Positions 52,010 to 64,000 of a DNA stretch of 64,000 nt are shown piece by piece; within the stretch, counting starts at the first letter, position 1, and each line of letters starts with the position of its first letter. The position numbers were made by a program, and so were the translations under genes. The notes beneath the pieces were generated by a model. The model saw nothing but the letters and a program-made list of their open reading frames with translations, searched no databases and was not told where the DNA came from. The stretch lies in assembly GCF_040938485.1 (NCBI RefSeq), contig NW_027271069.1:4154001-4218000 (forward strand), given 5' to 3'. This DNA comes from Diadema antillarum (Eukaryota).

Positions 52010-54181
52010 CACAACTACAGTACTGTACATTGATGTGTAGATCGAATATCTGTACAACACTCACAAACGCGCATGAGCATAGACACAGTGCACATGCTCG
52101 ATGTACAATACAACGTATGTACACACTCACATCCACGCGCATACATTTACATACATATACACTATACGTACACACAGGGAAAGCACACACACACATATTG
52201 CAGCTACAAACACACACACACATAAACACACACACACATACATTACTCACACACACACACAAGCACCGTCATGTCCACAAGACCACACCCAACACACGCC
52301 CATACAATGTACCTGTGCTAAGTGCACGTTTAAAGACAGGCCCACCTACAGGTGTACATGTATTGTACATTGTGTAAATGTCTAACAACTAACTTTGAGT
52401 GCAGTATGGAAAAAGTGGGGTTTCCTAGCATGCATAAAATACATAAAAATTTCCTAATCAAATGTATCATTTGTCTTCCCTACCCACCACGCTGCAAACT
52501 CCTATACATATAACTATATAAATAAATTTACCAACACATTAGACAGTAGTGAGAATAAAAAACTCTACTAAGAGTCATTGCAGTAATAATCATTCAGTAT
52601 ATCAATAAAATACGGTATTGCACTTTTCTTAAACCGATCAGTTTTACAATGCAGTTGAGAATATTTTGTAATATTTCTTAAATTGATTTTAACATCTCTT
52701 TGATCCGGTAACCACAATGAATGATTGGGGTGCTTTTCTAACTGCAGAGCAAAATCTAAACACAATTTCCTTCTCCTTTCTTTTAAAGATAATAAATTGC
52801 ACACTTGTAAGGCCATATCATATGTAACATAATTACAACCTAATATGATTTTCAATACACGTTTTTGAATCTTTTCTATTACCTCTGTGTGTTTTTTTGT
52901 AAGACTCGAATGAAAAAGTGGGGCACAATATTCTAGAATTGGTCTGATATATCCTGTATACACTGTAATAAGATCAACTATTGATAAATTAAAGTGTTTC
53001 AATTTGCGTAACATAAACAATCTCCTATTGCATCTTTTCACCATTTCAGAAACATGTGCATCCCATTTGAGATTCTGCTGAAAATACACCCCTAAAATCT
53101 TAACAATGCTTGTTTCTTTCAAAAAAATTTCGTTGATACACAAACTTTGCTGAATTGATTGCTTCATAAAAGAAATTGTCATAAAAACACATTTCTGAGG
53201 ATTAAGTTTCATGTTATTCGACAATGACCAACTTGCCAGTGCATTAATTTGTCTTTGTATCTGAGATGGTTGATTTCTATTCCTAGCCTCTACAATAGTC
53301 AAATCATCAACATATTTATAAAATGAAAAAGGGCAATCTTTACAAGCATCATTTATCATAATCAAAAACAAAACCGGTCCAAGTTTTGTTCCCTGCGGAA
53401 CCCCTGCATTGCATTCTCTAATATCAGAGATACTGCCATTGTATTTAACAACCTGTTGTCTGCAATATAAAAAATCCACAACTAATGAAATAACAAATGG
53501 GCGCACATTCATAAATACCAACTTATGAATCAGAATGTTATGATCAATTCGGTCAAATGCTTTCGAAAAATCTGTTAAAACCATAATTGATACATTGCTT
53601 TGCTTTTCAGCATTTTTATACAGGTTATGAAGCATTGCAATCAAATAATGACAAGTTGAAAGACCAGGGCGGTTACCAAACTGATTGATATCGATTTGGT
53701 CCCTAATGTCTTCTAACAGCCATTTAACTATGAAAGACTCAGCAATCTTAGCAAAATAAGAGGTCAGAGCTATTGGTCTCAACTCAGATACTACTGGGGG
53801 AAAACATTTGGGAATTGGAATAATTTCAGCATATTTCCACATTTTTGGGAAAGTACCCTGCTCAAAGGCAATGTTGATAATATGACATAAAGGAAAACAT
53901 ATCTCATAAGCAAATTCTCGGATTATTCTCACTGGCAAATCATAAGACACAGTTGATTTTCGTAAACTCAACTTACGTAACTTATTGAAAACATCATGTG
54001 GTTGTATGACTGGGCATTCATAAGGTGAAGGCAGATATGCAGGTAACTGTGATCTGTCCAGTTTATAAAAATCAGTTGTTACAGATAAAAACAATTCATT
54101 AATATAATTTGCTACATACTCAGAATTATTTCGTTCGTTTTCACTAATATCAGGATATCGAGATAAACTGCTAAAAAACAC
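51408..54181 (-). mobile_element. 5'-truncated non-LTR retrotransposon (CR1/L2/Crack group) with ~1.16-kb 3' UTR and (AATC)n tail
   Basis: Open 537-aa RT ORF followed by a long UTR that ends in hairpin CGACT-TTT-AGTCG, AATAAA and (AATC)4. Confidence 0.92.
52568..54181 (-). CDS. Reverse transcriptase ORF2 fragment (no endonuclease domain)
   Basis: Motifs LRPIALTS, NQFGNRPGLST, DFSKAFDRIDH, GVPQGTKLGPVLF, YVDD, ILGVYFQQNLKW and YIRPILEYC. No internal stops. Confidence 0.92.
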   Translation of the reverse strand: MFFSSLSRYPDISENERNNSEYVANYINELFLSVTTDFYKLDRSQLPAYLPSPYECPVIQPHDVFNKLRKLSLRKSTVSYDLPVRIIREFAYEICFPLCHIINIAFEQGTFPKMWKYAEIIPIPKCFPPVVSELRPIALTSYFAKIAESFIVKWLLEDIRDQIDINQFGNRPGLSTCHYLIAMLHNLYKNAEKQSNVSIMVLTDFSKAFDRIDHNILIHKLVFMNVRPFVISLVVDFLYCRQQVVKYNGSISDIRECNAGVPQGTKLGPVLFLIMINDACKDCPFSFYKYVDDLTIVEARNRNQPSQIQRQINALASWSLSNNMKLNPQKCVFMTISFMKQSIQQSLCINEIFLKETSIVKILGVYFQQNLKWDAHVSEMVKRCNRRLFMLRKLKHFNLSIVDLITVYTGYIRPILEYCAPLFHSSLTKKHTEVIEKIQKRVLKIILGCNYVTYDMALQVCNLLSLKERRRKLCLDFALQLEKHPNHSLWLPDQRDVKINLRNITKYSQLHCKTDRFKKSAIPYFIDILNDYYCNDS

Positions 54182-55623
54182 ACTTTCCTTCCCGTTTTAT
54201 GATACCAAATTTTAGCATAATGTAAAAGAAGACCCGCTCTTTCAGAAAATATGAAAAAGTCAAGTTCGGCTAGGTTGACCCATTTCACTTATTTTCAGTC
54301 CTCACGCAAAATCAGTGTGTGCGACTTCATGTTCGTTTTGAGGTGCACGGTCACATATTGACTAGTGACATTTTATCAACCAACCTAATGATGGGAATTC
54401 TGTGAGAGCAACCGCCATGTGGTAAAGACATTTCTTCAGCATTTCCTACAAAAAATTTTTGTGTTTTTCCAGCTTATTTAATAATGTGACAGCATTCAGA
54501 TTACCATAACCCTTGATTTGTCTAAATTTGCATAAATTACACTTATCTGTTGCACAGAGCACTTCTACATGCAAGATTGATTTTTTTTTTTTTTTTTGGG
54601 GGGGGGAGTCGAATAATGTGAAGTCTTGTAATGCTGAGCAACAAAATATATGCAGATTTTAGATATATGTCACCAAGTTGTACATTGTAACTTCATAGAT
54701 TCAGAATGTTCACAAATTTAATCCAAAATCTTCAAATAAGAGCTGTCATATCAAAGTGATATGTTTAGCATGTTGATGCATACTAGTGTTTGGAATATTC
54801 TAACAGTGATTAATAATTTATCAGTACATGTTGTATTTTTCTTGAGAATGATGTCAAAGATCAAGTCGAACAAGTTTCGTTTAAGTAGGCCTACAGTATG
54901 TCAGAAGAGATGGACTGTCTGTATTCCCTTCATTTCCACCACGTTTAATACATTGTACATGTACTGTTCTATCACTCCGGAGATTCATATCATTCTCGGT
55001 ATTGCCGGTGTTCATATACACCTATATACCATCCAGCAGTTGATGTAATGAAATTGAAACAGGTTGCCCTGTGCTAAAATCTAGTTTTCTATTCACACTG
55101 AGCCATGCAGTACCCTGGTATGTTTCAACACGATGAATTACATATGATTCGAGTACTGGGTATGTAAACATTTTCTTTTTCCTCAGATGTCGCGCATATG
55201 TGTCATATGGAAAGATAGTGTTTACATACTGTATACGCCATATATTTAGCGAGTCTAAATTTTCGCAAATCAGGACTTCCTGACTATTTCATGAGTGGTT
55301 AAATTTGCGATCGTGGAGTACTGTACTGAACGGAGAAATGTATACATGTGCGTCACATTCATATTGGGGATCAGTCATTATTTTCGTGTGTAAGGCATTT
55401 TTCACTGTATATTGTGTGATCAGGTGCATACCAAATACTTGTATAATCATTTGTCTTATTCTGATAAAAGTGAATCATTCCTAAATGTGACTTTTGTTTT
55501 GTTTCGTTTTTTTGTCTTTGTGAGGCATGAAAAAAAGCTTGGCAGGTATGTGAGCATTATGAGAAAGACCCCGGAGGAGTGAGACTTGGTAGCTAGTACA
55601 ATGTAGGTACTGTAGTAAGCATA

Positions 55624-56035
55624 CAAGCTTATAAGAGTTTAGTACGTCCCAACTTGGAGTACTGTACTGCTGTACAGTGTGGGATCCCTTCACTCAACGC
55701 AACATTACAAGATTCAAGTATTACAAAACAGAGCAACCAGATTCATCTGTAATGACAACAAATGGCGGTCTTCTGCCACCGGAATGATAAAGGATTTCAA
55801 ACTCCACCCACTTAGCTTCCAGAACAACATGAGCTCATAGGCTATCAACATATCGCAAGATTAAACACAGCACCACTGATCTAATTCTAGATATCGGCCC
55901 AAATCAAGCACCGAGAGGCATGGCAACCCAAAGCTATCACTCTGATAACTACCAGTACTTTTATTTTACATGGCTCTTTGACTGCACTTGCCAACTCCTT
56001 TTTTAAAGAACAGTGAAGGATTGGAATATCAAAGA
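55624..56035 (+). mobile_element. Degenerate CR1-group LINE RT C-terminal fragment
   Basis: Across frameshifts reads QAYKSLVRPNLEYCTAV / WDPFTQRNI / QNRATRFICND / SFF..RTVKDWN. Confidence 0.7.
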
Positions 56036-56337
56036 GATTAATAATTTTTATACATTTAAAGATGCATTCCAGCGTCACCTCAGTTGTAGCTGCACATTCG
56101 TACACCACAGTGCTGAACGATACTTTATTCAGAGTCTTTCAGTGTACAGTTGTATATCATCCAGATGCAAATGCAGATCCAGTCCGTTTTTGTGTGTTTG
56201 GATTTTTTTTTTTTTTTTTATAGCTAGCTCGGAATATTAATTTGTGGTACCGGTACATGTAGTTTCACTTTAATTTCTTTCATGTAAATCATTCAATTTA
56301 TATTTGTTGCTGTTATTGTGTTTTTCACAGTGTACTA

Positions 56338-56489
56338 CAGGGGCGGATCCAGGAATTCTGTAAAGGGGGAGCACAACTAATATTTGTGGCGCCACTTGCG
56401 GGTTTCATTTCATTTTTTTTTTCTTTTGTTTTTAAAAAAAAATATAGGGGGGCTTGCGCCTGTTGCTCACCCCTCTGGATCCGCCACTG
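56338..56489. mobile_element. Same MITE family with 5-bp TSD TACTA, ~220 bp upstream of the ATP23 ATG
   Basis: TACTA|CAGGGGCGGATCCAG...CTGGATCCGCCACTG|TACTA. Confidence 0.85.
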
Positions 56490-56712
56490 TACTATGACAA
56501 CGCACAGTTAACTTTCATAGAGATTATCTCATTACCTACAGTGTACTCTTAGCTTTGGTTACTTTGTAACATGCTATAGAGTCCCTTTTACCACTGCGTC
56601 CCTGATGAAGGGACTCTACCTTGTGTAAGAGTTCTGTGTTTTACACCCCGTAAGCGCGCCCTCATTGCGACTTGTTTGACCAAGGCAGGCCGGCCGGCGA
56701 TTGCATAATAAA

Positions 56713-59700
56713 ATGGCTGCGCCCGTGGAAGACCATGCCGATGCCGAACTTCCACGTAAAGACATAACTAAGTCGACTCCGCAGAACAGCAAATCTCCGG
56801 GATGGAATGACAGACGAAGGCACAAGAACTGTGTTGATAGAGTAGATTTCGCATGCAAGCATAGTAAGTCTTCTAAAGCCATTTTATGAGGTATTTAATG
56901 AGTATAGTCTAGTCGTCCTTGGCCGGCCGCTCTGCTGCTGCTAGCACCATGAGCAGGCGCGCTGGCGTGATACGCAGCGGCTACTACTACTGCTGCGGGT
57001 ATGGGTACGGCTGCGCTGCTGCTGCGGCTTACGGCGCGGCGTCAGTTTCCACTGCACGCACTGTCTCCAATATAATGGGAGCGCCCTGACTATATAAGTG
57101 CTGATAACGAATGTAACTATACACAGCCCTGTCGCTGTACACAAGTGTCGCACGGCGTCTGATGGGCCTAATGTAATGATAATGATGAATTTTGATATTA
57201 ATAAATACTTTAATGCACACTCATTTGCGACAATTTAGTCACACAATTCGAACAAGTTCAAGCCAAGGTGCTGCAGTATGTTACATAATTACACATCATT
57301 AAGATTAAAACATTGATTTAATTCAAATGAATAAGTAGATTCTTAAAATCAAGAATAGAAACCAGAGTCTAATGTAGGCCCTAAATTAAGATGTCCTGAG
57401 GGAAAACCTATAAATTTTATATTGCTTTTAGTTTTTCAAGATTGCATGCATTTCATCAATTTCCACCCATTTTTAAATGTAAAATAGTTCTAACTACTTG
57501 TTAGACATTTCTATAATGTGTAAATCCCATAGGGGTGCCGCAAACCGGACCCATCCCCGACATTTTGGTCACTGTACACTGTTACAATCCTCAAAACTGA
57601 CAAAGGAAATGAAGTTTAGAATATTTAACACAGTCACAGGAGGATTCCTTACATGTCATGCCAGGCCTCTTTTGATATTACGATTTTGTGTAAAGAGACA
57701 GACATGGGATGATGGTGGTTGCCTAGCAACAGAACAAAATCTTAATGTTATGTTAAGAAAGTCATACTTTTTTTAAAACGGCGTGACACAGACGACACAA
57801 AATTATGAAGGCCATCACCCGAGTTATTTCATAACTTTGGTATCAAAAGAGAGTTCTTTTAGTTGCTCTTCAAATAAAACAATTTAGAAAAAAAAAACCC
57901 GTCTACTTTTGAAGATATGGCTAGATATTCCTAGGGGTGCCACAAACTGGACCTATGCAGCAAACTGGTGCCCCGACTCTCAAGTATAGTACTGCTGGTA
58001 TAGCAGTACTAGCATGAGAGCATATTCAGTTATCTCTCTGTCTCTGTTCTCTGTCTTTCCACTGTAGATCCGTATGTGAAGTTCATGCTGGCTGCTATGG
58101 AGAACATTGGTTGGTAAGATAAATTACCAGTACTGTAAATTTGATTACATCTCAGTGTGTGTTTAGAAATGGGGGAGTCCCCAAGCTGTATTCTTGTCCC
58201 TAGCCTAGTGAAGTTCAGTGATCTGTAGAATGAAGAATGCAGCTTATAACAATCAAACCAAACTTTTGGTGTTTTGTGTGTGCACAAATTGTCAGTATCA
58301 ATAATGCAAAGGATTTTTACCTTCTCATTAAGGTGAAGAAAAAAAGACACATGTCATTTGCTTGTACTTGCATGCTTATTTGCAACGTGATATTACTCTA
58401 ACAATTTAATTATTTTAAGTTGTCTCATATTTTGCACATTTAGCTTAAATTGGTTATAACCACTTAACAACAATACTGAATTTATGCACAAATAGTTGCT
58501 GCAATGTGTTTCACTGAACTATTTACTGACATTTCTTTTTTCCAATTAAAAAAAAAAAAGAATGGTGGTATTTTCACACATATGATAATGCCCTGAAATG
58601 TTTTGAGGGAATTAATTGGTTCACTGTTCTTGCACCAATGTTGATGGAGTCATTTATCGTCCCTATTTATTTCCTCTGATTGTTATGTTCAATGCCTGAA
58701 GCAACTTTGAAACTAAACTGCATTGTTTATCACATGAACAACAAAGGTCTCTATTTATTTAATAATGATAACACATATGGTGCTTGTAATGAACCATCAA
58801 TCTTTTGGCCTATAAAGTCATCCCTTTTGTACATGTTAGCAAAGAAACAACTATCCTTAGAATGTTTACGAAACACAACTGTGTATAATGCTGTTGGAGA
58901 TCCTGTTTCATTCTTTCAATGCATACAGCCCAGTTGTTCCAGAGACCCACATTATATGTGAGCCTTGTGCTGAAGACAGCCCTGTGAATGGTGGATTTGA
59001 TCCGGTCAATGGACAGGTAAGATATCAAGATCTTTTGGATTTGAGCAATACTCACAGAAATGCTTGTTTTCAATTGAGAAAGCTTGCAGTGAGTTTGCTT
59101 TGTTCTTACTCCCCCTAAATCTCAGGTTTCAATCTGCAGGACTGCCAAATCTCTTTATGACTAAAAGATTCTGTAACAATCTCTGTGATTGGGTCATATT
59201 TTTTTTTTCATTTAGATATACTTTGATTTTTTCAAAGTTATACATTTTCTTTATCATGGAGTCTGTAACAGTTTGAAGAGGCAAGCATTGCTTTCTTTCT
59301 ACCTTTTGTTACACAGAGGAACTGCTCATGTACATTGCTTTGATATTAATGATATGATAATTCAAGTTGGTCATAATGAAGCCAGATATCATACTTTGGG
59401 GGTAATGCTTAAAAAATAAGAAGCATGTTATTCAAAGAATGTTGAGATATAAAAACAATTAAATCATTGCTTTTCTGGACAGATTGTGCTGTGTGAAAAC
59501 AAGAGTCCGTCCCAGAGGATTCTGAGTACCCTTCTCACCCATGAGCTGATACATGCCTATGACCACTGCAGGGCAAAGGTAGATTGGACAGATTTGAGAC
59601 ACTTGGCCTGCTCAGAGGTGAGAGAATTTTTCATGGAGAACTTATTTTTGCTCTTGTTCGCTGTAGATTGAGAGTGTATCAAATAGTTTTATAAAAACAT

Positions 59701-61333
59701 AATAAAAGCATAGAGAATTCAGTGTTTCTGGGACAAACACTGAACTAGGGCTTTCTATAGCTTAGTCGGTAGAGCACCAGGCTAGCATCCGGAGGTCTCG
59801 GGTTCAAATCCCGATGGAATCCCATTTTCTTTGCTCATTTTATCACTAATGGATAGTTTAATACACACATAGGTGAACATGATTGTATTGTTCTGAAATG
59901 ATTTTTTTCCCTCTGTAGTGTCCCTTTAAAGTGTACCAATACTCTGGAAATCAAATTTGTATACAGCTAGATACACACAAAAAAAAAAACCAGCCATAAT
60001 TCACCTGTGAAAGCCCCTGAAAGTATACGTATGTCGATAAGTCAGATCATATCTCTATAACAATTTGGCACTTGTGCTGTGCACGTTTAAGTTCTGCTCC
60101 ATAAGCACCGGTACTGATATGTGCGTGTTCCACCTATACGCATGCATTTTTGCGAATAATATCACGATTTTGTCGATCGGTTAGCTGATTGCACACACAC
60201 ATTACATATCACTATCATTCAGAGGTTTTTGGAGAAAAAAATATTGATGCCGTTATCATTGGATCGGAAGAATTGGGTGACTGACTAGTCTATCAACTAC
60301 ATTGACTGTTTTTGTATTTTAGTGCTTTAGATCATTTTATGTAAAGTGCTTTATAAGTGGTAATTATTGTTTTAGAGCTAGTTTTCTTTTTCTTTACTGT
60401 AATTGGACTATTGTTATCTAAGAGAAACTGATTTTTAATCTGCTACAGATCAGAGCCTCCAGTCTCAGTGGGGATTGCTCATTCCTCAGTGATGCCGTCT
60501 ACAGCTGGAAGTTCCGTTTCAGGAAACAGCATCAGGTGAATTATTCGTGCACATTTCATCTTGCATGTTGCCATTTTTTAGCCGTCATGATTGAATTCTA
60601 AGCTTTGTTTGGTCTCACGGATGAAAGCAGTGGGGGAAATTGTTCGAACAGGCAAGGGGTTGTGCATGAAAGTTAGTGATAAATTGTAATGCTATTGTAA
60701 CCTGTTAAACTACAGAGACATTTTACTTCCTACGGACTAAATTCTAAAGTCAGAAGTTCATTGTGTGCTCTCAGATTTCGAATGAAAAGTGAAAACCCGC
60801 TTTAATGTGTATGTGTTGCCCTTGATTTATTAATTGATTGCATGTGTGGAGTTACGGGAAGTTTTAGAACAAAGAAATGAAATGTTCTCTTACTGCAAGT
60901 ACTAAAGTGGAAATGAAAACAGTTTTAAAACAGGTAAACGAGTCAAAAGCCAAAGTGTATTGTCAACGAAGTGTAATGGACAATTTCTTAACCCATTAGC
61001 ACGTAGAGGTTTCTTGCAATGTCAGCCTCCACTCACTAGAGGAAGCAATGAATTCAACTTTTTTCCATGGGTTCAAACTAATCGATCATGCATTTACTGT
61101 GATTGATTTGCAGACTTAGGTGAAACAGGGATGACGTAAACAGTGCAAAGGTACATGCACATTTCACAATGCGCACCCATTAAAACCCACAGGCCTCCCC
61201 CCCCCCCCCCCCCCCCCAACTGCCACCACCATGTGCTAGGGATGCCAAGTTCAAAAAATTTTTATGAGTGAGATTTTCATGACTCGGCATCTCGGCGAGC
61301 AAATGTGCGCGCAAGCGAGGGTGTGGGAGGGGT

Positions 61334-61369
<36 letters not shown>

Positions 61370-62455
61370 TGCCCCCCCACGGTAGGGAGCTTTTTCAAAT
61401 TTTAGCTCTTACTGGTGCGATCAGGTGACTATTTTTTACTTATTTTGAAAGACAAAAGGAAAATGTACCTTCAATTGTAACTATCACTTTAATCCTTTGA
61501 GCTGTGCTCCTTATTATGGGCCCAAATTGCAGACTTTGCCCGATGCATGAGAAAAATGGGTGCCATGCGTGAGATCGTGAGACGACCCCTAAATGCTTGA
61601 GTCTCACTCAGAATGCTTGAGACTTGGTAGCTCTGCATGTGCACACACATATGTATGACATGTATTGGGGGTTCATTTATTTTCAGGAAGAATGACAATG
61701 TGCAGTTCAGTGGCTACATGGATAATGCATCTGAGGGTATATTGAAGTTAATGAAGTTTTAGCCCAGACTTGATCACACAAAGTCAGTGTAATTGCTCTT
61801 TATACCTCCATTCCAGAGAGATTTTTCCTCATCAGTCACTCATCAGAAGCAAAGTTTGTTGCTTCCGGCCACCCACCGAAGTTTATCGGATCGCAGTCCG
61901 ATAAATCAGACTTGTGTTGGTTGACTATCAGGTGAGTGTCACACACGTCAGCGCGATCCTCAACAGACGATCTTGTCTCATCGGATCACGCCTTGCATAT
62001 CTGACACCGACCCGATATTTGACCAACACAAGTGGGATTCATCAGACTGCCATACGATACACTTCGGTTGGTGGCCTGAAGCAAGAATTGTGCTTACAGT
62101 GAGTGATGAGAAAAATTCTCTGTGAGACGGGGGTATTACTGATCACATGCACCCAAAAACCAGGCTAGATCATGGTCTGATATGTCTCAATAGCTTTAAC
62201 TTTTTGCTCCTTCATTGACGACATACTTTGATCTGAATACATTCCTCACAGGCCTGTGTGCGAAGTCGGGCACTGAGCTCCATCCTGTCAGTCAGAGATG
62301 TACCTCGCCATGAAGCAGAGAAGGCCATTGACGACGTTTGGGACACTTGTTTCAGGGACCACGCCCCTTTCAACCGGATACCCAGGAGACCCTCTGACCT
62401 GAAGGATGCAGCACCCAGTCCACCACAGTCCACAGAGAGCAAACCCCCATCATGA
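56713..62455 (+). CDS. ATP23: Mitochondrial inner membrane protease ATP23 homolog, 236 aa; exons 56713-56863, 58068-58113, 58929-59016, 59483-59617, 60449-60535, 62252-62455
   Basis: Contains NPYVKFMLAAMENIGC, GGFDP, IVLCEN, HELIHAYDHCR (HEXXH zinc motif), HLACSEIRAS, CVRSRALSSI and VWDTCFRDHAPF. GT-AG introns have compatible phases; total 711 nt. Confidence 0.95.
59748..59815 (+). mobile_element. tRNA-derived SINE head or tRNA pseudogene
   Basis: A-box-like TAGCTTAGTCGGTAGAGC and B-box GGTTCAAATCCC; no complete acceptor stem. Confidence 0.65.
61861..62082. mobile_element. Small TIR element in ATP23 intron 5; partial inverse copy at ~46205-46300 in an RRP9 intron
   Basis: TIRs GCTTCCGGCCACCCACCGAAGT / ACTTCGGTTGGTGGCCTGAAGC. 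About 90 bp match 46205-46300 as reverse complement. Confidence 0.7.
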
Positions 62456-63423
62456 TAACAGGGAAGACGTCTTTAAGAATCCTTGCCCTATTCAGTGGGG
62501 GTACCAAGTGAAGGAGCTGATGTTGGACTGTGGGCTTGAGCCACACCCACCGAGCCACACCCACTCCCTTCTGCCCCAATACCAATGAAGTCACTAGTAG
62601 CTGAACTGCAGTGCAGGATCCAGCAAGTACATCAAAATGATGGGTCAGACTTCTTCAGGTGAAGATATTTTCATTGTGCGATTTGTGTGGCTCGACCTTA
62701 GCACCAGTTAGGAGCAAAACTACGAAAGAGGATTAATACAATGGTGTTAGAGATGAGATGTATTCATGAGAGATATTGCTGCATAGTTAATTCTGTTGCA
62801 TGATTTATATATTTGTTGCATTTGTTGCATAATTTTAAAGCATGAGTGGACTGGTATTAAATGGGAGAGATGGACTTATGACAGAAAGAAAGAATATGTG
62901 TGAAATTGTTACACTAAAGAGTGTTTGACTTAGACATATTAATTGTACTGTGTACAGTTGTGTCTGTTTCACAGAAGAAACATTGTTAAGATAAATCAAG
63001 TGATATCCAAGTGATGGTTTTGGAAATTTTGAGTGTGTACAAAAGAAACCAATTCAGAATAGTGTAAAAAAGTGCACTCATAAGGGAAGAACCCGCAGGC
63101 ATTGTAAAGATGATTATGTACAGAGTGAGTTTACCCCAGAGTCACAGTGCAGAACACATGATAAAGCAGAGAAGATGCTTACCACAAGTTAGTATTTTTC
63201 ACTGACTATTACTTTGTCTTCCAACAAGACATATCACATAGTTCTTCCACACCTGTATGCACCTTTCAAAGGTCATAAGGCAGTTATTTCTTTAGATTAG
63301 TTTATCCTTTTTTTAATAATCTTTATAAAAAACAGCCTTGCTGCATGTTTTTTTTCTTCAGAAAAGAGATATTATGATAATGGGTCACATGACTACCTTC
63401 TGTCACATGCTCTGCAGAGTACA

Positions 63424-63637
63424 TTGACTTCTGTGCAATGTTGACGTGTTGACTTGTTGACTTCTGTGCAATGTTGACTTGTTGACTTGTTGACTTCTGT
63501 GCAATGTTGACATGTTGACTTGTTGACTTCTGTGCAATGTTGACTTGTTGACTTGTTGACTTCTGTGCAATGTTGACGTGTTGACTTGTTGACTTCTGTG
63601 CAATGTTGACTTGTTGACTTGTTGACTTGTTGACTTT
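63424..63637. repeat. 33-bp minisatellite, 6 copies, decaying into TTGACTTG units
   Basis: Unit TTGACTTCTGTGCAATGTTGAC(G/T/A)TGTTGACTTG at 63424, 63457, 63490, 63523, 63556 and 63589. Confidence 0.95.
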
Positions 63638-64000
63638 TATGTTTGTATGTTTTGTGTGACTGATTTGTCACAAAGTTCCATTTTCCTAAGTAAAGCAGAA
63701 GTAGATGTACTTTGTATGGAATAATATGAATGCTGATAATGTGTTGTTGTTGTGAACATTGCTGAGTACATTTAACATCTTATGTAAGGAAGCAGGTTTT
63801 GAACAGGGAGGTGGGAAATCTCTTCTCACCTCCCTGGTTTGAAAGATGTGTCACAACTATAAGAGCATCCGTTAATAGCATTTCAGAGCCTTTTCCAGGT
63901 CTATTGCATAATACATGTATTCATATATCCCGTGGGTTGATGAGCTTCTTACATCATTGGAGACACAAATTTAGTAGTGCCTCCTTTCATATCAGTGCAG

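Larger units (their letters stand above)
50919..54355. mobile_element. Unclassified TIR element (~0.65 kb net) interrupted by the LINE
   Basis: Left TGTGACCCTGCACCTCAAAACAAACAAAAAGTCGC; right GCGACTTCATGTTCGTTTTGAGGTGCACGGTCACA. TA/ATAT flanks on both sides. Confidence 0.75.

Noticed and set aside
59748-59815. Functional tRNA gene
   Set aside because: The acceptor stem and anticodon arm do not fold properly; better explained as a SINE head or pseudogene.
63393-63671. Repetitive ORFs (TEVNKSTSQHC)n
   Set aside because: They arise from the 33-bp period; no splice or start context.

Overview
AT-rich, intron-rich animal genomic DNA with two assembly gaps (11739-11965, 39480-39624). The repeat content suggests a marine invertebrate, probably a sea urchin (inference). 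I reconstructed four host genes exon by exon, with consistent splice phases: EFCC1/CCDC48-like (-, 286-6916, probably continuing off the left edge), LIN37 (-, 7 coding exons, 17217-34127, 246 aa, one GC-AG intron), RRP9/U3-55K (+, 13 exons, 39915-50479, 476 aa) and ATP23 (+, 6 exons, 56713-62455, 236 aa). The most unusual feature lies in the 9.1-kb last intron of LIN37: two different TIR-bounded, PIF/Harbinger-like elements (17542-20806 and 21118-26294), about 310 bp apart and co-oriented. Each carries its own spliced MADF(Myb/SANT)+BESS-like gene but no recognisable transposase. The first gene is fully open (3 exons, 522 aa). Also notable is a head-to-tail pair of Helentron-type (HINE/Tsp/pearl-like) elements whose internal tandem cores carry four RFX X-box motifs (GTTACCATGGCAAC) or nuclear-receptor DR1-like repeats. 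The rest comprises a young 5'-truncated LINE inside a TIR element, other LINE fragments, many MITEs (5-bp, TA and TTAA target classes), a perfect 65-bp-arm palindrome, a tRNA-derived SINE head and simple repeats. All family assignments come from recalled motifs; no database search was run.
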